Origin: Kiritimatiellia bacterium | Lineage (GTDB): Bacteria; Verrucomicrobiota; Kiritimatiellia; RFP12; UBA1067 | Reading direction: 5' to 3' | NCBI GenBank assembly: GCA_050949565.1 | Contig: JBMNFY010000017.1 | Span: 832,001 to 896,000 of the forward strand | DNA length: 64,000 bases | Shown here: positions 29,380-42,200 of the stretch, one piece after another | How positions within the stretch are numbered: position 1 is the stretch's first letter | Layout of the letters: each line of letters opens with the position of its first letter | Notes under the pieces: model-generated | Databases searched by the model: none | Told to the model about the DNA's origin: nothing | Seen by the model: only the letters and a program-made list of their open reading frames with translations | Program-made: the position numbers and the translations under genes

Positions 29380-31965
29380 TCAACGCACGATCTCGTAGAG
29401 ATACGAGGCGCAGACGGGATCGGCGGCGACATCGGCCACGAAGGTGAGCTGGCCGTCGGCGTATGTCGACGGAACCACTTGGCGGCGGCGACCGCCGGGC
29501 GTCAACGTCCACACCTGCCACGCTCCCGCTGCGAGGCGGATCTTAACGGTGGCACGTCCGGCACGCATAAGATGGGGTTGTGAACCCCACGCCAGCAGGA
29601 TGCGCCGCCCTTCATCGGCATAGGTGGTCCCTGTGTTTTGCACGTCGGTCAGATGAGTCAGCAGCAACCGGCGCGAGGAGGCGATCGGCTCGTTATCGAG
29701 GGTGCTCGCCCAGATCGTCGCGGCACTCCCGTCAAGATCGGCGACGAACGGCCCCGCCTTTACGGTGCCGCTCTCGGCGAAGCCGCCCACCGTGCGCGGT
29801 GTGTCGAGTGTGAACGAACCGGCGGCCGAATCGATCACGACGCCATCCGGCCCCGACTTCTCGACGATGGCCTTCATCTCCGCTTGCGGACGGTTGAACG
29901 GCCATACGTCAAGCGTCTCGACACCTTCGGGAGCCGCGTCCGCCACGAGCGAACCGATCTTGACGCGCCAAGCCGCCCAGTCCATCGCCCACGCGCTGGC
30001 GTAGCTGCCCTTGTGGTTGTCCGGATCGGCCAGTTTCGCGGGCGACAGCACGAATGCGCAGGTACGTTCCGCCACATCGAGGTCGCGACGCAAAAAGAGG
30101 CAGATCGACGCGCGTTCCGCAGCAAGCCCGAGCGGATCACCGGACATATCAAAGAAACCGAGCGCCTTCGCGCGGTCAAGACCGTGGCTACCGTGCGTCC
30201 AGGCGAAGCGGACCAGACCGCTCCAATCCTGCCGTGCGCCGAGCGCCCCCGTGAGGATACCGCCGACGCCGCGGAAGCGTCCCGGCGCGGCGAAATTGTA
30301 TTCCGTGATCGTGAACGGGCGGTCGAGAATCCGCGTCACCGCAAGGCGCTGCGTGCCTTGGTCAGGACCGCTCAACGGGTTTGTATTCGGACAGGAGGTC
30401 GGCAGGCTCCAGTCGCGATCCAGGAAGCGCGGATGGTCGACATAAAAGTGGTCGTCGGCGTAGTCGAACTCCCGTGCGCGGACGAGTTGCGATGCCGCGC
30501 TGTCGTTCCAGAAGTAGTTGTTCATGTTGGACGTGAGCGCCTTACACTTCATCTCCTCGCGAAGGAACTTCGTGACGCGCCGTGCAAAACGCGCCTCGAT
30601 CTCGGCGAAGGCTTTCTCATCGAACTTGTCGACGATGCCGAGTTGCTTCAAGGACCACCAGACGCCATTGAGGTTGCCCTCGTTCACAAACGAGAGCGTC
30701 GCCAGCGCGGGCTCGTCCGCAAGACGGCGTCCTGTGTATCGGTTGACGTGGCCGAGGAAAGCGCGCGCGTAAGCGAGGTAGTTTGAGAAGGCGTTCTCGT
30801 TGAAGAAAACGAGTCCCTTGAACTCCGTCATCGAGACATCGCCCGGACGGTCGAAGCCGAGCGACTTCCAAGAGATCGGACGACGGGAAACGAACAGGTC
30901 GGTCGTCATGTAGATGCCGTTTTCCACGCAAGCGGCCACCAGCGCATCGAAACGCTCCATCGCCTTCGCGTTTAGTTCCGTGGAGCCGGGGGGCGAACCT
31001 TCCACAAGACAGCTCTCGTGATGGTGGAAACGCAACATGTTGTAACCGATGCGGCGCAGGTTGCGCGCAAAGCGGCGGGCCGTCTCGGGGTCAGGCGCGT
31101 TGGCGTCGCCGCAGATATTCACGCCATAGAAGCGCTGGGGTACGCCGGGCAGCTTCTCAAACTCGAAGTGATTGCCCTTCGCTACCAGCCAGCCGTGCTT
31201 TCCGGCGGGCGCTTCCGAACTCCCCCCGCCCATGCCGGAAAAATCAAGGACCGATCCCGGTTCGATCTCGATCTCCGCCGCGAGCGGCACCCACTCTGCC
31301 CCAGCCGTCAGGCGGACCGGACCGACCTCACGGAACGCGAACGGGCGTTCGCCCGAGAAACGTGCGGCGAGTTCACCGCGAAAGCCGAACTGGAGTTCGT
31401 AGACGACGAGCCCCCAGTCGCGAATCTCGCGCACAAGAACCTCTGTCGGCTTGCGGAAGTCGACCTTGAGACGCAGGGCACCGGACGCGTCCCGCAGCGC
31501 GAACGACGTCACCCGGTCGCTACGCAACACATCGCGATTAGGGCGTCCTGCGTCAAGCGCGACCGTTTTATCGTCCGCCGTCACGCTGCCGCCGGCGTAG
31601 AGCGTTTGCGAGAATGTGGTGCGCACGGCCGCCCGTCCGGCAGACTTCGGCACGTTGTTTGTCGGCAGGCTCCAGACGGCTTCGACCGCGCCGTCGGCCG
31701 ACGTGAAGGTCGCCCGTCCTTCGATGGATTCGCCGCTCCCCTTCGGATCAAGGTTGACGCGGAAGAGATGGACAGACTTCGGTTCGGTGAACTTGGGCTC
31801 TGTCGCCGACCGACGGTTCCAGCCGTGCGCGAATACGCAGGGCTGGAAGTAGAGCGACGCATCGGGAAACTCAAGCGAACCGGCATAGCCGCCCAGAACC
31901 GGCAACGTGTCACCAACAACCGACAGCGTCAGCGCCGCCATCACTCCAAACAGAATCTTCTTCAT
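29380..31965 (-). CDS. Secreted clan GH-A (GH5-like) glycoside hydrolase
   Basis: 'RFYGVN', 'GYNMLRFHH', 'VNEGN' acid/base motif, 'PFTITEYN' nucleophile motif. Confidence 0.7.
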   Translation of the reverse strand: MKKILFGVMAALTLSVVGDTLPVLGGYAGSLEFPDASLYFQPCVFAHGWNRRSATEPKFTEPKSVHLFRVNLDPKGSGESIEGRATFTSADGAVEAVWSLPTNNVPKSAGRAAVRTTFSQTLYAGGSVTADDKTVALDAGRPNRDVLRSDRVTSFALRDASGALRLKVDFRKPTEVLVREIRDWGLVVYELQFGFRGELAARFSGERPFAFREVGPVRLTAGAEWVPLAAEIEIEPGSVLDFSGMGGGSSEAPAGKHGWLVAKGNHFEFEKLPGVPQRFYGVNICGDANAPDPETARRFARNLRRIGYNMLRFHHHESCLVEGSPPGSTELNAKAMERFDALVAACVENGIYMTTDLFVSRRPISWKSLGFDRPGDVSMTEFKGLVFFNENAFSNYLAYARAFLGHVNRYTGRRLADEPALATLSFVNEGNLNGVWWSLKQLGIVDKFDEKAFAEIEARFARRVTKFLREEMKCKALTSNMNNYFWNDSAASQLVRAREFDYADDHFYVDHPRFLDRDWSLPTSCPNTNPLSGPDQGTQRLAVTRILDRPFTITEYNFAAPGRFRGVGGILTGALGARQDWSGLVRFAWTHGSHGLDRAKALGFFDMSGDPLGLAAERASICLFLRRDLDVAERTCAFVLSPAKLADPDNHKGSYASAWAMDWAAWRVKIGSLVADAAPEGVETLDVWPFNRPQAEMKAIVEKSGPDGVVIDSAAGSFTLDTPRTVGGFAESGTVKAGPFVADLDGSAATIWASTLDNEPIASSRRLLLTHLTDVQNTGTTYADEGRRILLAWGSQPHLMRAGRATVKIRLAAGAWQVWTLTPGGRRRQVVPSTYADGQLTFVADVAADPVCASYLYEIVR

Positions 31966-32039
31966 CTTTACGTGAACCCTTTCTAATCCACCCGGCGCTA
32001 CTTCTGCGTTCGACGTTCTGCGTTCAGCGTTCAAACGGC

Positions 32040-33143
32040 TCACCCACGAGGCTGGTTAAGCGCCTCAGCAAAGAGATCAATGCCGCGGATATTGAACGCG
32101 GTATTCTCATCGTTGTCCGTGGAGGCCCAAGGCGCCATCATGAACCCCAGCAAACGTTCGGGGGCCACGACCTGCCGACCAAGCTTCACAAGCTTTCCGA
32201 TCACATCCTCCGCACCGGCATTGACCTGCCTGCGCTTCCAGCCGACCCAATTCGTGCCGCACGGGATCTGGTCGTAACCGGCCTTCTCAAGATCCCAGAA
32301 ATTGATCAGGCGTTTATGGTCGGCCGTCTTGTTCGTGGCGAGATCGAAGCCGCCGTAGCACTCGTCGTAATACCAGTTGGAGAGAACGACGCTCTTGGGA
32401 CAGCGCTGCATAAATTCGGGATGGCTCCATCCGTAATCGCTCCACGCCCACGGGCGGGCGCCGAGTTTCTCCACTGTCCGCACGAGGTGCTCGAAGTCGT
32501 GCATCCAGAACTCGCCGACGCGGACAGAGATATAATACGCGCGACCGCTTCCAGCCTGATGCTGGGCCGTCTCCTCGTCGCACCCAATGTGGATGAAGCG
32601 CGGACGGTCAAAGATCTTGTAGGCATCGCGCAGCACGTCCTCGCACACCTTGTAGTAGGTGGGCGTGGAAAGCATGCGGCGATAGTACTTCAGCCACCCA
32701 TTGTGCGTGGTGGAGAAGTTCAGCTTCGGAATCGGCTCAAGCCCCATGCCCCGCAGCCGATTGAGTTCGGCACGGAGCTTTTCCACGCTCCATGACCCGG
32801 TGATGGCAAGCTCAGGGTGGCTGGGGTAAACGACACCCTCCCCGAGGTCGATCACGACCATGTTCATCCCCTTCGCGGCGGCATGATCCGTGACCTTACG
32901 CCAGAGATCATCTTTACAGCGGAGCGTCGTGTCCGGCAACCCCTTTTCAAACTTGGAGAGGTCCATACCCTCCGGGAACCAATCGCACCACATGTTATGA
33001 CCAAGGTGCAACAACACCGCCTTGATGGCTTCAGGAGCCGTGGCAGATGCAGCGGCCCGGCCGACCGCTCCCTTGGCGACATTACCCGCACCGAGAGCCG
33101 CAGCAGACAGCGCCGCCGACTTCACAAATTCACGTCTCTTCAT
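32040..33143 (-). CDS. Tat-exported GH20-like TIM-barrel protein
   Basis: 'MKRREFVK'; 'YPSHPEL', 'FIHIGCDEE' resembling the GH20 HxGGDE motif. Confidence 0.7.
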   Translation of the reverse strand: MKRREFVKSAALSAAALGAGNVAKGAVGRAAASATAPEAIKAVLLHLGHNMWCDWFPEGMDLSKFEKGLPDTTLRCKDDLWRKVTDHAAAKGMNMVVIDLGEGVVYPSHPELAITGSWSVEKLRAELNRLRGMGLEPIPKLNFSTTHNGWLKYYRRMLSTPTYYKVCEDVLRDAYKIFDRPRFIHIGCDEETAQHQAGSGRAYYISVRVGEFWMHDFEHLVRTVEKLGARPWAWSDYGWSHPEFMQRCPKSVVLSNWYYDECYGGFDLATNKTADHKRLINFWDLEKAGYDQIPCGTNWVGWKRRQVNAGAEDVIGKLVKLGRQVVAPERLLGFMMAPWASTDNDENTAFNIRGIDLFAEALNQPRG

Positions 33144-33293
33144 ATCGTTCTTTCCTCCCTTTGGATCTGCCAAGATCATAGCACAACGGTGGTAAATGTC
33201 GACAAAGAGGCCGAAAGAATCGATGGAATCGAAAGAATCGAATCATTCGACTCAATCGATTCCATCGAAAAAACCTGCCGTCTTTCGCCGCCG

Positions 33294-36200
33294 TTACGGC
33301 AGCTCGACGCCGATCTTGTAGAAGGCACCGCCAGCGGGCGGGTTAGGATCGACGAAGGTGTTCGTCGGATAGGTCGCCTCAACGGTGGCGATCGGCGTGA
33401 ACGGCTGCGTCAGGCTGGTGGTGCGGTACACGATGTACCGGTCGCCCCAGTAGCTGTTCCACGTGAGCTTAAGACCGCCCGCCGCAGCGTCGAACGCGAC
33501 CGCGAGCTGGATCGGGCTGATGGTGTAGGCCAGCGGAAGCTGGTTGTCACCCTCGCTCCACTCCTGCGTGACGTCGCCCATGTCGGCGTAGACGCGCACG
33601 TGGTGCGTACCGCGTGTCATGGCGGCGGTCAGGCCGCCCACTTCGATGACGCGCACCTCGCCGGGTTGCATGACGCCAATCTCGACCGTCGCGTCAGGCG
33701 TCTCGCCGATAACCACAGGGTTGACGTGCGAGATGAAGATACCCGCATAGCCGGCGTTCCCCGCGATCTGGCCGCGATTCTCGACGGTGAAGCGGATCGC
33801 GAAAACCTCGCCCGTGACCGTCGGGGCCGGGCCGATGAACTCAATGGCTGTGACGCCGAAGTCAGCACGCACATAAGGATTGCCAGCCTCGTCAACACCG
33901 CCGGGGACTGTGCCGGTGTCACCCGTGTCCGTTCCGGCACCTGTGTCGCCTGTACCCGTGTCACCGCCGACACCCGTAGCGGGTTCGGTTGTACCAGTAT
34001 CACCCGTGTCGCCGGTACCGGTATCACCTGTACCAGTTCCAGCACCACCGGTGTCGCCGGTAGCGCCAGCGTCCGCTTCACCCTCATCCACGTCGCCCAC
34101 GGTCGCGCCAACGACAGGGCCAGTGCCACGGAAGATGACGATCTCGGAGTCGGTGTCCGTGACGGTGACATCGGTTATCGAGATTCCGGAAGCCGTGGCG
34201 GTGTTGGTCACAAAGCCTGCCAGGAAGTCGGCCGGTGTCAGCGTGTAGGTCGCCGTGAAGGTCGTCGAGTTGGTCTCGCCGGGCTGGAGCACGGCGATCG
34301 GTCCGCCGATCACTTCGACGAGCGGATCGTCGATGGTGATGTCGTGGAGCGGCACCCCGCCGTCATTGATGACGGTGAAGGTGTACTCGATGGTCGCACC
34401 TTCGCCCTCGCCGAGGCAGTAGGCCCCGAAGCCGAAGTTGTGGAACTCGAAGCCGCGCCCGGTCTCGACGTCGCCGCCGAAGATGGCAGAACCATCGATG
34501 GAACCGCCGTAGAGTTGGGCGGAGGCATACGGAGCCACGACAGAGCCTTCGTGCGTGAAGCTCTCCACGACGATGTTCGTCGCATCGACGTAGTTGAAGA
34601 TCACGTGGCTTGAGTCGATGCCGCTGAGGCGCATCGCGCTATTCACGATCGAAACATCGGTGCCGTAGATATTGACCAGTACGACAGAGTCAGCGGGTGC
34701 TTCGATGATGTAGTCGGATTGCGACATACTCCAATCCTCGGCACGCACATGGAAGACGTTAAGCCAAGGATCAGCACCCGTCAGGTAACCGAAGTACTCC
34801 TGCGTGAAGTCATTCACCACCACGCCGCGCTCCTCAAGCGCAGCCATCTCAGTGCTGCCCACCTCGACACGGGCGTAGAGATCGAGCCACGTCTCGCCGG
34901 TACCGTCACGCGACACGTTGCCGGAGGCGTCGAACGTGATGTTCGTCGCCTGGTAGACCACGTTGCCGTCGGACATGTAGCGCTCAGGGCCGTAGCGGGT
35001 GCCGCCGTAGACGATGTTGCCGTTGACACCGAAATAGCCGTCGTAGAGGTCACCGCCAACGATCAACATGTCGGTGGTGCCGTCGGTGTAGACGGGCAGC
35101 GGCATGCCGACGATGGGCTGGCCGACGCTGTAGCCGTCCGTGAAGCTGGCGGTGCCGCCAACCGCGAGGCGGTACTCGGTATCGCCGCCGGCAGCGTGGA
35201 AGTCGCCGAAGATGAACGCGTTGAAGTTCGTGGCGAAGTAGAGCCATTCACAGGCGACGCCCGGCGCACCGGGGATGTAGCGACCTTCCTTGATGAGCTT
35301 GATCGAGGGATCGATGTTTTCGAAGACCTCGCCGAAGTCGTAGCGCACGCCACGGTCACCAGCGTTCAGGGTGATCTCCGCAAGGATATCATCCAGAATG
35401 TCGGTGTTGGTGCCACGTGTCTCGCCGCCGACAGTCCCGAGGAGGTCGGTCGTTGAGATGTAACCATCAGGCTGCGTCTCGGTGATCGTGTAGACCCCCG
35501 GGAAGAGACCGGTGAAGTTGTAGTAGCCGTTCTCGTCGGTCGTCGTGGTCACGTTGACCGAGTTGCCGAGCGCGTCGGTTCCCGTGAGCGTGATCGTCAC
35601 GCCGGGGATGCCCTTCTCGGTGTCGTTGAAGACCTTGTCGTAGTTTTCATCATGCCACACGTAGCCGCTGATCGAGGCAGGCGCGACAACGGGATCGGCC
35701 GCGTGGTCGTCCGTGTTGTCGGTGACCGTCACCTCGGTGGTAGACGTGGTGATAGCGGCGCGGTTGACGAGCAGTTTGCCGTACAGGGCGGCGAAGTCGT
35801 TCTCGGCGCGCGCCGTGACCGTGATCGTGCCGGTGACACCGGGCTCGAGTGTTCCGAGCGTCCAGAGCTGGACCTGACCGTGTGCGCTCGTAGGTGCTGG
35901 AGCGGCGCTGACGAAGGTCATGCCCTCAGGCAACGTATCGCTGACCATGACATCTGCGGCGGCAAGGTTACCGTTGTTGCCGTAGGTCAGGGTGTAGACC
36001 GCCTCACCGCCAAGGCGCACAGTCGTGGGGCCGCTCTTCGCAATCCAGACGTTCGCGAGCTGCTTCACGACCACGGGGACGGAATCCTCATTGTTCGTGT
36101 AGTCAGTCTCCTGGCGATCATTGCCGATGCGCACCGTGTTGACAAGCGTCTGGTCGGAGACATCGGCGTTGACACGCGCAACGACCGTGACGACACCAGC

Positions 36201-39200
36201 GGCGTTCGGCGCAACATCGCCGAGGTTCCATGTATAGACATTGCCGGAGACCGCATCATACGCCGGCTCGGACGAGACGAAGGTCAGGCCCGTCGGCAGG
36301 ATATCCTTAAGCACAGCATTGTCGGCGGGCCACGGCCCGTTGTTACGCCACGCGAGCGTGAACGTCACAAGTTCGTTCGTCAAAGCGGCAACCGTGTCGG
36401 CCGTCTTTGTCACCTCGAGGTCGAGGGAACGGATCATGATGTCCGCCTCGTCCGAGTTGTTACTGAGATCGCTCTCGGGCGTGGAGGTGCTGATAAGAAC
36501 CGTGTTGTTGATATCCGGCAGGACACCGGCCGCGACCGGATCATCGACACGCACCGTGAAAGTGAACGACGCCCACGTACCGGTGTAGTAAGTCGCAAAG
36601 ACCTTCTTGATTGTCGGTGCCGTGCTACCAGTGTAGGTCATCTTGACAACGAGGTCCTGATAGTTGGGCGCAATCCCTGAAATATCCAGACCATCCAGCG
36701 GTAGCGGTGCCGGGATATCTGTGAACGTAGGCCCAAGGTCATAGACAAAGTCGTCCCCGACCACACGTCCAATCGAGTACGCGAGGGTTGTGCCTGCAGG
36801 AATATCGGCCTCGGCCACGAACTTCTCCCACGCCACAACTTCATTCGAGGTGTAGAGTCTGCGCTCGACGACGCCTGCGCCACCGAAGCCGACCGACTGC
36901 GCGTTATTGGAGAGCGGCGTGAGACCCGGCATGACGACCCAGACCGCACCACCGGTTGCTTCCGTGGGCACACCTGAAATCAGGTCGCCTACCCCGTCGC
37001 CGTTGATGTCGGCAACTGCACTGCCGAACGTGCTGAAGTACGCAACACTTGGCATTTCCCCGGCAGGCATCCCGCCCTGGCCGTCTGCAAGCTTGGTAAT
37101 CGCCTTGACCGTGCCGTCGGGATTCATGAGCGTCAGGAAGTAAACGACACTTCTGGAACTCCCGGAGGTGGCCGGGGACCCACCCATCATGATATCCGTG
37201 ACGCCATCGCCATCGACATCGCCAAGCACGCCAAGCGCCCTCACAAAACCATTGGCACCGAACGTCCCCGCCGGAATGCCGGACATGCCGTCGGCCAGCT
37301 TGACAACACGCTTGGCTGTACCGTCGGCGTTGAGCAGCATGACAATCGCGCCACCGCCATTGACATTGTTAGTACCCGTGAGCCGAATGGAGCCAAGCAG
37401 GACATCGGGGACACCATCGCCATCAAAGTCACCCAGCGGGTAGGTGGTAATACCCGCCATTGCTTGGTATCCGCTGATGAAGCCCGCCGGCACGCCATTG
37501 TAGCCATTGGTCATGCGAACCGCGCGTTTGACGGTGAGGTCCGGATTGAGCAGCGCAATGAAGCCCGCGCCCAAATAGTTATCCGCCAATGCACCTCGAT
37601 GAAGATGTCTTGAACGCCATTGCCGTCAACATCGCCAATGGGCGTCGCTCCGGTCCAATTCTTGCCCAGAGCCGTAAATTCCGGCGTACCCGGGATACCA
37701 TTCACACCCGGCCGGTAATTGATGGCGCGTTTGACCGTGCCGTCGGCATTCAACAGCAACAGGAAGACATTCAGGCGGCTTTGGTTTCCAATGAAAACGT
37801 CGGGCACCCCGTCGCCATCCATGTCCGTGCCACCACAAATCTTGTAACCCGCCTGATCCGAGGACGTGAAGAACCCTGCCGGAACGCCATTCATGCCGTT
37901 CTGTATCTTGACGGTCGACTTTGCCGTGCCGTCACTGTTCAGCAGAATGACATAGGCTCCGCCAGGGGCTGTTTGCCGGGCAAGAATCACATCCGGCACG
38001 CCGTCGCCATCGACATCGCCGAGGCCGGAGGCGTAAATGCCGACTTGCTCGTTGGCGGCAAACGTCCCCGAAGGAATGCCGTTCCGGCCATTGGCAAGCT
38101 CCACCGCCGACTGGACGGTGCCGTCGGAATTCATCATGAGCACCCAGGCGCCGCCCGAATTAAAAGCCCCGTCGTCGTTGTACACTGCACCGATCAACAG
38201 GTCGGGCACGCCGTCGCCGTTGACATCGCCAATCGCTACAACAGAACTGCCGAAATAGTCTCCAGACATGAGGCTGCCCGCAGGCAGGCCGCCCTTGTCA
38301 TTGGCGATCTTGACCGCTCCCATCGCGCCGTAATCGCCTATGACTGCCTTGTTGATGCTGGGGCCGAGGTCACCAAGAAGAACATCGAAGCTCCGCGCGC
38401 CCGCGCCCGCTTCCGGATAGTAGACGACCGTGCTGCCATCAGGATTATTTATCGAGACAAGCGTTGTGCCTTCGGGGACGATCTCGGAGATGACCGTGTC
38501 TCTCGCCACCGCATTACCGAGGTTATTGTACTCGATGGTATATTTCAGGAAATTGCCGCTCTCGGTCCAGTCGGAGTCACCTGTCCTGGCGTCAACCACG
38601 GACTTGCGCACGGCAACGTCAGCCCGGTAAACCACGGTTTCCGTGCTGTCAGTGTTGTTGTCCAGATACTCCTCAGCAGGCTCCGAATCGTTACGGTTGC
38701 GGATGGTGACGGTCGCGGTATTGACGATAGGCGTCCCGCAGGGGACGTCAAGCGCCACCGTGGCCGCGAATGTGATGGTCTGCTTCTGACCGGGGAGGAT
38801 GCCGACATTACGGTAGTAATTGGCACTGGTTACATCCGCCGATCCGAAGAACCACGCAACGCCATTGGTCGTGACCACACGCGTCAGCGGAACGGACGTG
38901 GTGATCTCATGACCGTCGGCATCGATCGGCAGCACCGGCTCGCCTTCGGCGTTGACGAGTGCGAGGATGCCTGCGGCACCGTCATCCGTGAGTTCCAGGC
39001 TGGCGGGCAGGACGTCTTTGACTTCAATGCCGTAAGCGATCTCCGTGCCGACATTCTCGACAACGATCTCATAAACGATCTCCTCGCCGGGAACAAGTCC
39101 GGGGGTGTCGCCTTCAGTGGAACCGGTCTTCGTCAGCGCCACATCACTGGCGGGCGTACGGACGGTGTGCTCGTCGGCATTATTATCCGGGTTCTGATCC

Positions 39201-42200
39201 TTGCCGGAGACGAATATCTCGACGAAGTTGTTCAGCGCCGTACCTGGCGGAAGCGCCGCGGCACCTGTCGGCGGCGTAGCAATCACCGTCACGGCGATGC
39301 TATAAGGGCCAGCCGAGCCGGGCAACGTACCGACCAGCCAAGCGATGTGTTGCACCGGAACGACGGGCTCTTCCGTCCAGCCGCCCGAAAGCGGATCGGC
39401 AGGGTCGAACGGGGGCACAGTGGCGCTACTGCCGGAGTGGTAGTAGGCGGTCACAGCCGCAGGGCCGTCGGCCCGCTGCTCGACGAAAGTGACATCAACC
39501 AGACCGTCGCCATCGGCATCGGGCAGGCTATCGATGATGTACACGTTCTCGCCCGCCTGACGGGTGGCGTTGTAATAGGTCAGATTCCAGTCAAAGCGGT
39601 CGCCGGACTGCACGATGGCGGGACCGTCCTTGACGATGGCTGGATCTGGATACGGCGTATCGACCGAGGCCTCGTCATCGTTGGGCTCGGTGCCGTCCTC
39701 GGGCGTAACGGTGCTGACCGTGACACTGTTGGGCAGGTGCGTTCCGGGGGCGACCGTCGAAGCGACGACGCCCTTGTACTGGATCACGACGTCGCCGGAG
39801 AGCCCGGGCAACACACCAGGAAGCAGCCCGGCCTTGGTCAGGGCGTTCGAGTTGGCCACGCTCCAGGTCAGAGCACCGTCAGAGACGACAGGCTGGCCGA
39901 TGGTGTAGCCGGACGTGAGCATGACGGTAGACCCCTCGACGTAGCTGATGCCCGTCGGGAACTGGTCGGTGATAACGAGGTCGCGCGCGGCCATCTGGCC
40001 GGAGTTGGCGACGATGAGGTTGTAAGTCACCGTATCGCCCGCCACGGGGAACTCCGGCGAAGCAACCTTGCGCACGCGCAGTTCGGCGTTGCGCACCAGC
40101 ACCAGATCCTCGTCGGACGAAGTCGTGGTGTCACTGCCGGCCGTCGCCGTACCGGTAACACGGTTGAGCAACTCGGCGTTGGTCTTCAGATCGTTCTTGG
40201 CGCGGACCGTGATCTTGAGTGTGCCACCCTCCCGCGAGCGTAGCTTGGCACCTTCGCCACGGTAGCCGTTATTACCGCTGATGTTGAAAACGATGCGCGT
40301 GTTGCCTTCGGAAGTCGTCTCAACAACGGAGGGCACGACCTGACCGCTGTTGTTTGCCGGTGCGCCGTTGGCCAGCGCGGCCGCGTTCCACGCATGGGTC
40401 GCGGAGAGGAACTCGGCGCCCTGAGGCAACGTGTCCACGATCGTCACCACATCGTCATCCATGCCGGAGTTGTTGTAGTAGGTGACGATCCAAGAGAAGG
40501 TGTCGCCCCGGCTGACGACGTCCGGGCCTGTCTTCTCGACGAGGATGCCCGGCGCGTTCTTGATGGTCGTCACGACCTCATTGCCAATGGCTTGCAACAA
40601 CTCGGAGGAAAAGACGCCGGTCGTATTGAAGATCTGGACGCCCTCGGGGGAACCTTCGGTGCCCAGTCCGGGGCCATCGAGGTCGTTCTTGACACGCATG
40701 CCGACGACGCTCGTGCCGCCGACGGGGTAGAGCTTCAAATCACCGATCTCGCGGTCCATCTCCCAGGCCACCCAGCGGGTCTGCTCGCCGAAGGGGCTGG
40801 TCCAGACGTCGCCGTTCTTGGTACCGGGGGCAAAGTTGGCGGCGATCGTCGCGCCGTTGATCGGCGTCATGGGGGTCAGGAACGACGGCGGAATGTTGTC
40901 GGTGGCGGAGAACCAGACACGCTCGCCGTTGGGGCCGGTGGCGTGCACCAGCACCATCTCGTCGGGGATGCGGTCCACCACGAAGGTGCCGCGCGAAGGC
41001 GCGTCGCCCGTGTTGTAGAGCGCCAGCTCGTAGTCGAGGGTGCCGCCGGAGGGGATCAGGTCGAGCACGTCGTTCTTATGCACCTTCAGGCTGGGTGCGA
41101 AGCGCACAACGGCCGAGGCGACGTCGGAGGCCGGGCCGGGCGAGCAACGCGCCGTGGCCGTGGCCGTCGAAGAGAAGGTAAGCTGCTGGCCGAAGACCAG
41201 CCCGCCGCTGACGGAGGCCTTGAGCGTCGCGGGAGCCGTGGCTCCAGGAGCGAGGTTGCCCATCTCGAGCACAAGACGCCCATTCTCGGGGTCGAACTCG
41301 ACGATCGAGGCCGGTGAGACACTGTCAAAGGAGATGTGCTGGCGCACGCCGTTGACGTTGGCGCTGGGCCAACGGATCTCAAGCAGCACGTCCTCGGCCA
41401 TGGCGGTACCGCGGTTCATCACGGTCACGGTGTAGGCGAGCTGTCCGGGCTTCTCAAGCACGGAGGGCGCCACCTTGCCAGGAGCGGAGAAGGCCAACTT
41501 GGGCTTATCGACTGAGACGCGCGTCGTCTCGTCGTTGGTGGCGCGCAGGGTAGCGGCCATCTTGGTACCACCGGCCAACGGCGTGTAGCCGAACGCGTTG
41601 AAGATACCACGGTTAGTGATCAGCTTGTCGATGCAGGGCGTAGGTTCAAGCAGCGTCGGGCTGACCGTCACGTCGAAGTAGCCGACTGCGGAGCGCGGCG
41701 CGCCATCGATCCAGCCGGCCGCGCCGGGCTCAGAAAAACGGGAATTAACGGCGGGGATATAGAACGCCACCCATTTGACGTCGGCGGGGTTCGCGGGCAG
41801 CTCCGTGCTCCAGAAATCGCCACCATCGACGTCAATATCGGCGGGCGCGTTGGCCGGACCGTAGGCGGGCGGCGCGCTCACGTCGCCGGTGTCCACCGTG
41901 GAGTAGAAGATGACCGCGTTGGTCTGGAGCCACGGGTCGGTGAACCACGCGCTCTTGAACGTGGTGCCTGCGGGCACCATGTCGACGAAAATCAGGTCGT
42001 TGAGCGCCACCATGCCGGAGTTATGGACGGCCAGGCCGTACGGGAAGGAGGCGCCGGGCTTGACAAAGAGTTCGCGGTCGTCCTCGCCAGCGGTGATACC
42101 GAAGTAGGAATCGAGGTTGTCGCCCTTGGCGAAGATGCCGTAGGGCGTCTCGTCCACGGGCCATGAGACCTTAAGGGAACTAGAAATGGGATCGGTATAG

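Noticed and set aside
33900-34100. Diversity-generating or DNA-level repeat element in the giant gene
   Set aside because: It encodes a low-complexity TGDTG linker with synonymous variation; no template/variable repeat pair or reverse transcriptase
37589-40243. 884-aa plus-strand ORF (also 32817-34613, 15534-17162, 12664-13989, 18939-20285, 8453-9679)
   Set aside because: Antisense shadows of well-supported genes
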